A stretch of 63,325 nucleotides of DNA, filler included, from Octopus bimaculoides (lineage: Eukaryota): NCBI RefSeq assembly GCF_001194135.2. It is 5 parts of 5 records of this genome, joined end to end, with 100 filler letters (N's around TTAATTAATTAA, not from the genome) between each part and the next. Parts side by side here need not be neighbours in the genome. Positions count along the whole stretch, not along the records: positions 14,809 to 34,767 come from NC_068989.1; positions 34,868 to 42,075 come from NC_068992.1; 3 more parts are not named here. One strand, 5' to 3'. The translations under genes were made by a program, and so were the position numbers. The notes under the pieces are model-generated. The model searched no databases. It had not been told where the DNA came from and saw only the letters and a list, made by a program, of their open reading frames with translations. Of the stretch, positions 27,601 through 37,255 are shown piece by piece; position 1 is the first letter of the stretch; the number at the start of each line of letters is the position of its first letter.

Positions 27601-29816
27601 NNNNNNNNNNNNNNNNNNNNNNNNNNNNNNNNNNNNNNNNNNNNNNNNNNNNNNNNNNNNNNNNNNNNNNNNNNNNNNNNNNNNNNNNNNNNNNNNNNNN
27701 NNNNNNNNNNNNNNNNNNNNNNNNNNNNNNNNNNNNNNNNNNNNNNNNNNNNNNNNNNNNNNNNNNNNNNNNNNNNNNNNNNNNNNNNNNNNNNNNNNNN
27801 NNNNNNNNNNNNNNNNNNNNNNNNNNNNNNNNNNNNNNNNNNNNNNNNNNNNNNNNNNNNNNNNNNNNNNNNNNNNNNNNNNNNNNNNNNNNNNNNNNNN
27901 NNNNNNNNNNNNNNNNNNNNNNNNNNNNNNNNNNNNNNNNNNNNNNNNNNNNNNNNNNNNNNNNNNNNNNNNNNNNNNNNNNNNNNNNNNNNNNNNNNNN
28001 NNNNNNNNNNNNNNNNNNNNNNNNNNNNNNNNNNNNNNNNNNNNNNNNNNNNNNNNNNNNNNNNNNNNNNNNNNNNNNNNNNNNNNNNNNNNNNNNNNNN
28101 NNNNNNNNNNNNNNNNNNNNNNNNNNNNNNNNNNNNNNNNNNNNNNNNNNNNNNNNNNNNNNNNNNNNNNNNNNNNNNNNNNNNNNNNNNNNNNNNNNNN
28201 NNNNNNNNNNNNNNNNNNNNNNNNNNNNNNNNNNNNNNNNNNNNNNNNNNNNNNNNNNNNNNNNNNNNNNNNNNNNNNNNNNNNNNNNNNNNNNNNNNNN
28301 NNNNNNNNNNNNNNNNNNNNNNNNNNNNNNNNNNNNNNNNNNNNNNNNNATTAAGTTTCTACATTAATTTATTATATACATATTTTTACATTTATAGAAA
28401 TTTAGAAACAAAGCATTTCATCGTAGAGAATTTACGACTTAAAATTATCATTAACTAGTTTCTCATTCTAATTAATAAGGTTTCACAACAATTCAATATT
28501 GTCGGATTTGAGTATTGAACATGGCATATATATTAGCCTATACTCAAAAGGGTGAGTGTCGTGGACTTGAGTAACATCCAACGATCACTGGAGATTATGC
28601 CGAAAATCAGGGTTTTTATAACTACTCATACACGAATCATAGAACCGTAACCCCGTGAAAGATTTCTTCAACAAAGTTCATAATTCGTATATGGGCAGTA
28701 ATTTTTAACCAATGAGAAATCAATAATTTCTCATGTTCGGGCAAACGAACTTACGTTCTCTCACCGCCTCTTATGAGTTTGCTACACTGTCATAAACATT
28801 AGGGATAGCTGCGAGAGCATTATAACAAGATGTATGACAATTACTTGTTGTGTGGAATATATTTGTACTATGTAAATGGGCAGCAGCTGTTTAAGTTATA
28901 TATATTTTCAGGTCCTGGAGACAAAATCTTGATACAATTTTTATTGTATTGGTTTGAACTTACTACTGCTATTTGACTGTTCTCTTGGATGTTGCTTTAA
29001 TATAATGATGTAAAAGTAATGTCTTAAGAGAGGAATGAAAACTTACTTTTCAAAAATAGTTGCAGCAAAATGCCCACCACTTGCTAAAAACACAGCCCAT
29101 GACATGGCACCAGGCAGTTTAGATAAATATTCCAGAACTAACTTTATAGATGAAGGAGGGTTCTAAAATTGAAATTCAAACATCTTTGAAAAAATACCAG
29201 TTAAAAACCTTCATAAAAACAAAAGAACTATTAAATCTTTTACTAAAAATCTAGTGACTGTGGTAATTACTTTTAAGCATGGTGATCAAATTATTAAGAT
29301 ACCTGATTCCTTATCTTTAGGTGGTGAGTTCAAAACATAGACTATTAGCTATTATTTTGTCTTCCTTCATAGGCAAGATATATATTTGTTTTAGCTGATA
29401 AAGCATATTGTTAGAGTAGTCACTTTTACAGTTAAATTTCTTATCATCTGAGTCACTCTACATTTTTAAACTGTTTTAAGCTATTTGGCATCATACTGAA
29501 TGAGTTACTTCCTTGCAAATGAATAGAACAAACAAAAAAGAAAAAGGTTTTCTTCTCACCTTCTTGTGATATAATATACACTTATAAACTGATATAAGTT
29601 CACCTTTGTTATTTTTCAGGAATAGTTTTGGATAATTCCTTTTATTACTAGCAAGATGACAGTGAGAAGCATCTGGTGTCTCTTGTGTAGTTACTGTGTT
29701 TGAGTATGGTTTCCCAATGGGACCTACATCTGGTAACATGTCTTCAACAGGGAAATAACCATTGTCTTCACTCTCAGATTCTAAGTCACTACCAGAAATG
29801 CTACTTGAAAGATTAT
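18103..29816 (-). CDS. ANKZF1: Ankyrin repeat and zinc finger domain-containing protein 1 (Vms1 homologue; VLRF1 peptidyl-tRNA cleaving factor of ribosome quality control), partial 7-exon model
   Basis: Seven exons (29816-29560, 29162-29047, 26609-26462, 20917-20695, 19857-19633, 19365-19195, 18658-18103) join through GT-AG introns in one stop-free frame of 1696 nt. Recognised motifs: [49 protein letters not shown] and the ankyrin [12 protein letters not shown]. Both ends of the gene are missing from visible sequence. Confidence 0.93.
19195..19365 (-). CDS. ANKZF1: ANKZF1 linker exon (R)[25 protein letters not shown]...KPKPATKGS
   Basis: Acceptor tactattaacag, donor A|gtaaga; 171 nt, phase 1 to 1. 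Confidence 0.85.
19633..19857 (-). CDS. ANKZF1: ANKZF1 linker exon (G)[16 protein letters not shown]...[13 protein letters not shown]...VTVDD
   Basis: Acceptor ttgtattacag, donor A|gtaagt; 225 nt, phase 1 to 1, in frame with both neighbours. Confidence 0.85.
20695..20917 (-). CDS. ANKZF1: ANKZF1 exon [24 protein letters not shown]...[26 protein letters not shown]
   Basis: Acceptor ttaatatcag, donor G|gtaggt; 223 nt, phase 0 to 1. C-terminal part of the VLRF1 domain. Confidence 0.95.
23105..25615 (-). mobile_element. 5'-truncated, decayed RTE-clade LINE with 3' UTR and (GAT)n tail
   Basis: RT motifs [59 protein letters not shown]; many stops and frameshifts. The 3' end reads GGAAAGCGGACATTAAAC followed by (GAT/GAC)n. 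Confidence 0.92.
25860..26457 (-). mobile_element. Helentron-associated non-autonomous element (HINE / DINE-1 / pearl-like)
   Basis: Subterminal inverted ACCTCCGCC/GGCGGAGGT, (TTTG)n microsatellite near the 5' end, two GGATTCTGGATT core repeats, 3' end GGCGGAGGTTTACACTCTCTGAGTGCTCTTGTT. Confidence 0.78.
26462..26609 (-). CDS. ANKZF1: ANKZF1 catalytic exon [49 protein letters not shown]
   Basis: Acceptor tatttactcag, donor CAG|gtaatt; 148 nt, phase 2 to 0. Carries the Vms1/ANKZF1 catalytic Gln loop (GxSQ). Confidence 0.96.
27023..28732. mobile_element. Long-TIR / fold-back DNA element (arms of about 360-380 bp) around an N gap
   Basis: 27023-27379 is the reverse complement of 28350-28732 with few differences; no clean TSD. 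Confidence 0.8.
29047..29162 (-). CDS. ANKZF1: ANKZF1 exon [38 protein letters not shown] (start of VLRF1 domain)
   Basis: Acceptor ttcaattttag, donor AA|gtaagt; 116 nt, phase 0 to 2; W-x4-GGHFA motif. Absent from the ORF track, translated by hand. Confidence 0.92.
29560..29816 (-). CDS. ANKZF1: ANKZF1 exon (D)[17 protein letters not shown]...[24 protein letters not shown]
   Basis: Acceptor ttgtctttcag, donor AAG|gtgaga; 257 nt, phase 1 to 0. Resembles the region that follows the C2H2 finger in ANKZF1. Confidence 0.88.
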
Positions 29817-30183
29817 CTGAAAGACAAAAAGGACACAATACTAAATTAGACAACTGTCAAATCTGATGTACTATTGTTTTAATGTCGTCGTTAACATTAT
29901 TATTAGCATTAACCCAGCTATTTACAAAAAGAAGACTGTCACCACTAACTTAATAAGAAAAACATGGAGTGGTCATGACTTTATTATCTGCTTGATCAGG
30001 ACTGATCTGTTGCTAAAGAAGAACAGCAGCAGCATGTACAATATGCGGTAGATAACATCACCAGTGTCATTACCACTACTGGTGCTAATACAAGATCTAC
30101 TACTACTATCATATATTAAAATATATTACAGCTACATTTATTACTGATATTACCATAAACCTAACTGCTATTACCACTTAGTC

Positions 30184-30226
<43 letters not shown>

Positions 30227-31149
30227 GAAATATGTTACAAAAACAAAATAGAAACTACATGTGGAAATGTAGGGGGAAAGTAAGAAGAAAAATAAGCAAA
30301 AATGCACATTGGAAATCAAAAAAAGTAAAGGCTTTTTATGAAAAGTAATGATAGATATATACAATTAGATGAATTGAGGNNNNNNNNNNNNNNNNNNNNN
30401 NNNNNNNNNNNNNNNNNNNNNNNNNNNNNNNNNNNNNNNNNNNNNNNNNNNNNNNNNNNNNNNNNNNNNNNNNNNNNNNNNNNNNNNNNNNNNNNNNNNN
30501 NNNNNNNNNNNNNNNNNNNNNNNNNNNNNNNNNNNNNNNNNNNNNNNNNNNNNNNNNNNNNNNNNNNNNNNNNNNNNNNNNNNNNNNNNNNNNNNNNNNN
30601 NNNNNNNNNNNNNNNNNNNNNNNNNNNNNNNNNNNNNNNNNNNNNNNNNNNNNNNNNNNNNNNNNNNNNNNNNNNNNNNNNNNNNNNNNNNNNNNNNNNN
30701 NNNNNNNNNNNNNNNNNNNNNNNNNNNNNNNNNNNNNNNNNNNNNNNNNNNNNNNNNNNNNNNNNNNNNNNNNNNNNNNNNNNNNNNNNNNNNNNNNNNN
30801 NNNNNNNNNNNNNNNNNNNNNNNNNNNNNNNNNNNNNNNNNNNNNNNNNNNNNNNNNNNNNNNNNNNNNNNNNNNNNNNNNNNNNNNNNNNNNNNNNNNN
30901 NNNNNNNNNNNNNNNNNNTTTAAAATATTAGAGAGCCTGAGAAGATTAGTGCAGGAATTTATCCAGTGTTTTAAAAAAGGTATCTGAAAGATAATTTGGT
31001 ACTTCTTCGGAACCCCTCACCCCACCCCACCCTATAACTTTTGAACCAGTAATTTTTTTTATTAATTTTTTCAAATTCATATCTTTGATATCGGAGATTA
31101 GGATTTAGCAAACAAAATTTTTTTAATTTAAATTCCCTACCCCCAATTT

Positions 31150-32260
31150 ATTTGCTTAGTCATGATCACAAACCAGCACCGAATGCAGTGGAAGCACGAT
31201 TTGCCATTTCAGTGTTAAGAAAAAAGTTGCAAGATGCTGTTGAAAACAGTACTCGAATGCTCATTTCAGAAACTACAAATAATATTAGTAAGAATGCAAA
31301 ATATGAATTACCACGGTTGCAAACAGTTTCTAGAAGTATCACAAACTAGCGCAATAAAGCTTTTGGTGCTCCTCCATTGCCCCTTCATTGAACTGGATTT
31401 CAAGTGCCTGATTGTTTAAAATACTTGGAAGGCAGTGATTTGTTCCTCCAATGCAACACAGGCAGTAATGATGAAATGAGGATTTTAATCTTTGCATCTA
31501 ATGAAGGTCTTCAACAACTGGATAATACCTCATTTTAAGGAATAGATGGTACATTCAAATCATCACCAAGGGCATGGTATTAGCTTTTCACCATTCACGC
31601 TGTCATAATTGCTCGAGCTTTCATTCTCCTGCTGGACAAATTGTGTTGGCACTCCATCACTTACGACGTCGAGGGTTCCAGTTTATCCCATCAACGGAAC
31701 AGCCTGCTCGTGAAATTAACGTGAAAGTGGCTGAGTACTCCACAGACATGTGTACCCTTAATGTAGTTCTCGGGGATATTCAGCATGACACATTGTGACA
31801 AGGCTAACCCTTTGAATTACAGGCACAACAGAAACAGGAAGTAAGAGTGAGAGAAAGTTGTGGTGGAAGAGTACAGCAGGGTTCGCCACCATCTCCTGCT
31901 GGAGCCTCGTGGAGCTTTAGGCGTTTTCGCTCAAAAAACACTCACAACACCCGGTCTGGGAATCGAAACCACAATCCTATGACCGCGAGTCCGCTGCCCT
32001 AACCACTGGGCCATTGCGCCTCCACTGCTGGACAAAACACAAGTAACATATGACAAGCCCTTGGAATGTTTACAGTCGACTAATTCGGGAATTACCTCAG
32101 ACAAACAATGCTCTTGAGGGGTTTCACTCAGCATTGCACACATCAATAACAAGCAAGTGCCCAAATATCTGGAAGCTTGTTGATGCCTTTACACAGACCA
32201 AAATAATTCATGCTCAAAGAGGAGATAATCCACAGAAAAAGAGAAAATACCAGTCAATAG
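31150..32260 (+). pseudogene. Mutator-like (MULE) transposase remnant, internally deleted and split by a SINE
   Basis: HDH..ELPRLQTVSRSI, RILIFAS..GIDGTFKSSP..LFTIHA..AFILLLDK|TQVTYD and ELPQTNNALEGFH..CPNIWKL; several stops. Confidence 0.85.
31641..32024 (-). mobile_element. tRNA-derived SINE (384 bp) with a perfect 12-bp target-site duplication
   Basis: Head TGGAGGCGCAATGGCCCAGTGGTTAGGG..GGTTTCGATTCCC (A-box/B-box-like); CTGCTGGACAAA at both 31629-31640 and 32025-32036. Confidence 0.92.
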
Positions 32261-32261
32261 A

Positions 32262-33076
32262 TATCATCATCATCATCATCATCGTTTAACGTCTGCTTTC
32301 CATGCTAGCATGGGTTGGACGATTTGATTGATGACTGGTGGACCAGATGGCTACACTAGGCTCGAATCTGATTTGGCAGAGTTTCTACAGCTGGATGCCC
32401 TTCCTAACACCAACCACTCAGAGAGTGTAGTGAGTGCTTTTACGTGCCACCGGCACGAAGACCAGTCAGGTGGTACTGGCAACGGCCACGCTCAAAATGG
32501 TGTATTTTATGTGCCACCTGCACAGGAGCCAGTCCAGCGGCACTGGCAATGACCTCGCTTGAATGTCCTTTCACGTGCCAGGAAGGCTACGCTGGTAACG
32601 ATCACGCTCAAATGGTGCTATTTACATGCCACTGGCATGGAAGCCAGACAGCTGCTCTGTCAACGATCACACTCAGACGGTGCTCTTGGCGCTCCACTGG
32701 TAGTGCCATCATGATTTCGCATTCACTTGCCCCAACAGGTCTTCGCAAGCTGAATTTAGTGTCCAATGAAAGAGACGTTGGCATGGGTGCCAGTCGTCGA
32801 ATTTATTATGATTTCACTTGCCTCAACAGGTCTTAGCAAGCGGAGTTTAGTGTCCAATGAAGGAAAGGTACGCATAAGTGGGCTGTATACACCCCTGGCG
32901 GAGGCCTTGGATTATGGTCTTGCCGGGTCTTCTCACGCACAACATATTTCCAAAGGTCTTAGTCAGAAGTCATTGCCTCGGTGAGACCTAATGTTCAAAG
33001 GTCATGCTTCATCACCTCATCCCAGTTCTTCCTGGGTCTACCTCTTCCACAAGTTCCCTCAACCGCTAGGGTGTGG
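32262..33076 (-). mobile_element. RTE LINE 3' fragment (3' UTR with about 65-nt internal repeats, (GAT)n tail)
   Basis: Same terminus (catcatcgtttaacgtctgctttccatgctagcatggg) and tgccactggc repeats as 23150-23760; runs into an N gap. Confidence 0.85.
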
Positions 33077-33222
33077 NNNNNNNNNNNNNNNNNNNNNNNN
33101 NNNNNNNNNNNNNNNNNNNNNNNNNNNNNNNNNNNNNNNNNNNNNNNNNNNNNNNNNNNNNNNNNNNNNNNNNNNNAAAGCGGACGTTAAACGATGATGA
33201 TGATGATGATGATGATGATATA

Positions 33223-33334
33223 GATCTACTTTTCGTAAAGAGATGAAAGACCAAGGCTGTGTAAGACATTCTATTTATAAATGTTCTCTATAATACACAG
33301 CCTTGGCCTTTGATCTCATTACGAAAAGTAAATC
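33223..33334. repeat. Imperfect hairpin (41-bp arms)
   Basis: gatctacttttcgtaaagagatgaaagaccaaggctgtgta versus tacacagccttggcctttgatctcattacgaaaagtaaatc. Confidence 0.85.
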
Positions 33335-33849
33335 CTTATGTTCACACGCTGATATATGCCCTACGCTGGACCCCCTTATTCGCATAATCACCAAACGTGG
33401 AGCTTGACTGTGGTCTATCTATAGCACTTACTCAGCATTACCTGAAAACTCTGGGTCTAATTGACACCACTATCACTCATAACCTACATATATATATATA
33501 TAAAAATTCAATAGGTTATGGCAGTACGTACGTTTCGTACAAGCTCCATTTATTCATGTAGTGAGAACACTACATAGAATGTACAATGAAAATGTACTCC
33601 TCAGCTGCATAATGGAATTTCATTTTAGAAAGTCATTTTGAAGATGTGTGCAAAAAACAAGAGTANNNNNNNNNNGAATTTCATTTTAGAAAGTCATTTT
33701 GAAGATGTGTGCAAAAAACAAGAGTAAGAGAAGAAAACATACCATCTCGACTATGCTGCTGTTCAACAGACTAGTGAATCAAACAAGAATTTAAATTCTA
33801 TATAATCTAATTGGAGGGATAGTAGTAATTTCAAATTTAGTGGAAGGTA

Positions 33850-34767
33850 GATTAAGTAGTGAAGGACAGCAGGTTAGGGGTAAATCATGCATGAGGGGGA
33901 AAAAAAAAAGAGAAGGAAATGGAAGGACAATACCCTAAGGAGTGGTTAGAGAAAATTTATGGTAAGGGAATTAAGGTCAAGGTATTAAAGAAATATATAT
34001 ATTCTACAGTATATTTAGAATAATACAATGAAACACTAAAGTACTAAGTTTAAAACCAAAGAGAACAATAATAATTAGAACAAGATAAACATTTATAGTT
34101 AAAATAAGATATACATTAATGTGGGGGTAGTAGAAGAGAGATATTATTTAGGAGTAAAACCATAATATTAATGGCCAAAACCCGAACAAAAAGAAAGGGG
34201 GGAAGAAGGAAGAGGAATAAAGTTAGAAAAACAGGACTAAATTAAGAGAATTAAAGCTAAGGTTTTCGAAAAAGTAATATGGTAGAAGAGACTCAGAATT
34301 ACCAAGAGAAAATGTAAGAATACTATCAGTGGGTTGGGAAAGGTTAAAATGTATTCAAAGTTTATTTTAAAAGTTATAACTTAAATAAAATAGTTATTAG
34401 TCAGGGAAATGTGAGAAATTAAATAAAAAATTATTAGCAAAATTTACTTTTTAAAATATTTAAAGGTGCGGGAGTAACAATGCACACATAGAACCCTAAG
34501 GTCAGATCTATTGTTAATTAGATTAGGATTATCCTTAAGTTTTAAAATTTCGTAAATTTCCATAGAGCACAGTCCACAACCATATCTACTATTTCTATAA
34601 GGTTGTGCTCTCCTGACGATTTCCCATTTAAGATTAAAATTGATACCATTTTCCTTCAATTCCCAAATTTTATTAGATAATGATGTGCTATTGGCTTTAT
34701 GTTTAAGTCTAAATGAAGAAAAATGATTATATAATCATTGTTTAAGGTTGATTGTGCAACCAACATA
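33850..34767 (-). mobile_element. Penelope-like element: GIY-YIG endonuclease fragment (34444-34767) plus T-rich 3' region
   Basis: YVGCTINLKQ*LYNHFSSF..TSLSNKIWELKENG..WEI..PY..CGLC..LINNRSDL..CVH; cut at a scaffold join. Confidence 0.85.
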
Positions 34768-34968
34768 NNNNNNNNNNNNNNNNNNNNNNNNNNNNNNNNN
34801 NNNNNNNNNNNTTAATTAATTAANNNNNNNNNNNNNNNNNNNNNNNNNNNNNNNNNNNNNNNNNNNNGGATTGGAGAGTTATTAATGTAGAAATATAGTA
34901 TCGTAGCTACTATCAGTCGAGGGTTGCGTAGTCTAGACAGCGTTTTTAGATTTCATTATTCTCTTTAA

Positions 34969-34997
34969 CCCGGGCAACGCCGGGTATTTCTGCTAGT
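34969..34997 (+). mobile_element. Helitron/Helentron-type 3' terminus
   Basis: Hairpin CCCGG-GCAACG-CCGGG followed by TATTTCTGCTAGT (CTAG end); upstream part cut at a scaffold join. Confidence 0.55.
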
Positions 34998-35603
34998 AAT
35001 TGTATAATACAGAATGCTGTGTGTGACTTTTACCTAAGAATATACTTTAAGAATGTAAAAATATACAACACAGCCATGTAGGCCCACTTAGGACCAGTCA
35101 TTGAAACCAATTGTGGTCGTAAGTCGATGATGACCTGTATGTTTTTTTCACTTATTTGTTACTGGTCTTATCTTATTATTTTAATGCCTGTCCATTGTCC
35201 GGAAATCTTTTGTCACACATGTGACCTCTTCAGCGACACTTTTTGTTTTCATGTGTGTTCTTGCTCCAGTCTGTTCTCATATGTGTGTCCTTATGTGCGC
35301 ATGCAATTGTGTCCTTGTTTGTGTGTATGTGTATGTGTGCATGTGTGTATGCTTGTGTGTGTGTGTGTCATAGTTTTTAGCAGCAGTGTGGCTTTCCCCT
35401 CAGCAGCCCCATCCTCTCACCCCATTGTGCTGCTGCTGTCCTAAGACCCCAAAATATGGTTACAGTTCCTGTATTCCTCTGTGTATGTGTGTTCACCCAC
35501 AATGTAGCCATCATGGTAGTTGTTGCTGTTGCTGTTATTGCCATTGTTGTAGCCGTCTGTGAAATTTCTTGTGTGTGTGTTTGGGTTTTTGCTTCATATG
35601 TTG

Positions 35604-35815
35604 TATCATCATCATCGTTTAACGTCTGCTTTCCATGCTAGCATGGGTTGGACGATTTGACTGAGGCCTGGTGAACCAGATGGCTGCACCATGCTCCAAT
35701 CTGATCTGGCAGAGTTTCTACAGCTGGATGCCCTTCCTAACGCCAACCACTCCGAGAGTGTAGTGAGTGCTTTTACGTGCCACTGGCATGAGGGCCAGTC
35801 ACGTGGTACTGGCTG
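35604..35815 (-). mobile_element. Short RTE LINE 3' end
   Basis: Same terminus as 23150 and 32280; about 210 bp. Confidence 0.8.
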
Positions 35816-36114
35816 TATGTATTTACATATTTGTTTATTTATATATTTATTATTTTTTTTTTTATACATCTATCTCTATTTCTCATAAGTATCACAGGTA
35901 AGTGATATGTCTATTGTGTGTGTATTACCCTGTATGTTTCTGTGTATTATTTATGAAGTAAAGAATGAAGTTTTAAAACAAAGTATAGAGAACAGAGATA
36001 TTAGACAGAGACACTTCAGCGTCAGTCAATGGCAGTCATGGCTGTGTGGTTAAGAAATGCATACAAGATGCAAACAACATGGTTCCAGGTTCAGGCCTGC
36101 TGTGTGGCACCTTT

Positions 36115-36482
36115 CTTTTATCTTTTACTTGTTTCAGTCATTAGACTGTGGCCATGCTGGGGCACCATCTTGAAGATATTCTTATTTTTAGCCAAATGAA
36201 TCGATCCCTCCCCACTGGGCTTTTTTTTTTTAAAACCTCGTAATTATTCTATTGATCTCTTTTGCTTAACTGCTAAGTTACAGGGATGTAAACAAACCAA
36301 CACCAGTTGTCAAGCAGTGGAGGAGGGAAAAACACAAACACAAAGACACACACACACGGCAAGCTTTTTTCAGTTTCTGCCTACCATGTTCACTCACATG
36401 GTTTTGGTCAGTCTAGGGCTATGCAGTGGGATTGAACCTGGAAGCATATGGTTGCAAAGTAAGCTTCTTACTACACAGCTAT
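36115..36482 (-). mobile_element. Composite SINE copy (older)
   Basis: Same head and tail blocks, more diverged. Confidence 0.75.
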
Positions 36483-36568
36483 GCCTTTCTTCTCTTTCAT
36501 AGCTCACAATATCTTGTGAGTGGATTTGGTAAACAGAAAATAAAAAAAGTGATTTGGATATATCAATA

Positions 36569-36601
<33 letters not shown>

Positions 36602-36978
36602 TGTGTGTGCGTGCGTATGTGCATGTGTGTGTGCGTGTGTGCATGTGTGTGTGCGTGTGATTCCTTGTGATTGCATAATTACTGCAAACATGTACAACCA
36701 ACACACATGTGGCATCATTCGTTTCCATACTGCCATGAAAACATGTCTGGCTGTGGGGAAATACTACCTAGTCTGGAAACAGGCAAGGGTTGGTAATAGG
36801 AAGGACATCCGACCGCAGAAAATCTTCCTCGCCGAATTTCATCCCAACCATGGAAGCATGAAAAAAGGTGAATTTCAATGCAATGACAACGAAAGCATTT
36901 CTATCTCAATTTCCATGTCCTCCTAAGGGAGATAACTCTAATACAGTCCTTATCTCCCTTGGTTATCATAAGCTAAGC

Positions 36979-37255
36979 CAGTGCTTCTCAAAGTGGTGGT
37001 CTGCGGACCGGCGCCGGTCTGCGAGCCATCAGCTGCCGGTATGCAGCGAGCTTCCAAAAAAGAAAGAAACATTATAAAATGGTTAAGTAATATTGTATCA
37101 TTTGTTTACAAAATAAATAAAAAAATTGTCAACTTTTATTATATTCATTATATTGTTTCTAGTATCAATTAATATTACTAAGAAATATTACTGGTCCCTG
37201 GCAGATTGGAAAAAAAACTGCTGGTACGCCACATCAGATAGTTTGAGAAGCACTG
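36979..37255. mobile_element. hAT (Charlie-like) MITE
   Basis: TIRs CAGTGCTTCTCAAA / TTTGAGAAGCACTG; TSD not convincing. Confidence 0.75.

Noticed and set aside
31950-32024. Possible tRNA gene, likewise other SINE heads
   Set aside because: A- and B-box-like motifs are present but there is no complete cloverleaf; each continues into a SINE body, with a TSD in this case.
33615-33726. 51-bp perfect direct repeat
   Set aside because: The copies flank a 10-N gap exactly; typical unmerged contig overlap.
34700-34767. In-frame TGA in the Penelope endonuclease as possible selenocysteine, as reported for some Naiad elements
   Set aside because: It falls where the conserved Arg of K-x-R-x-x-NH is expected, so a CGA-to-TGA CpG decay is the simpler explanation; no SECIS was identified.
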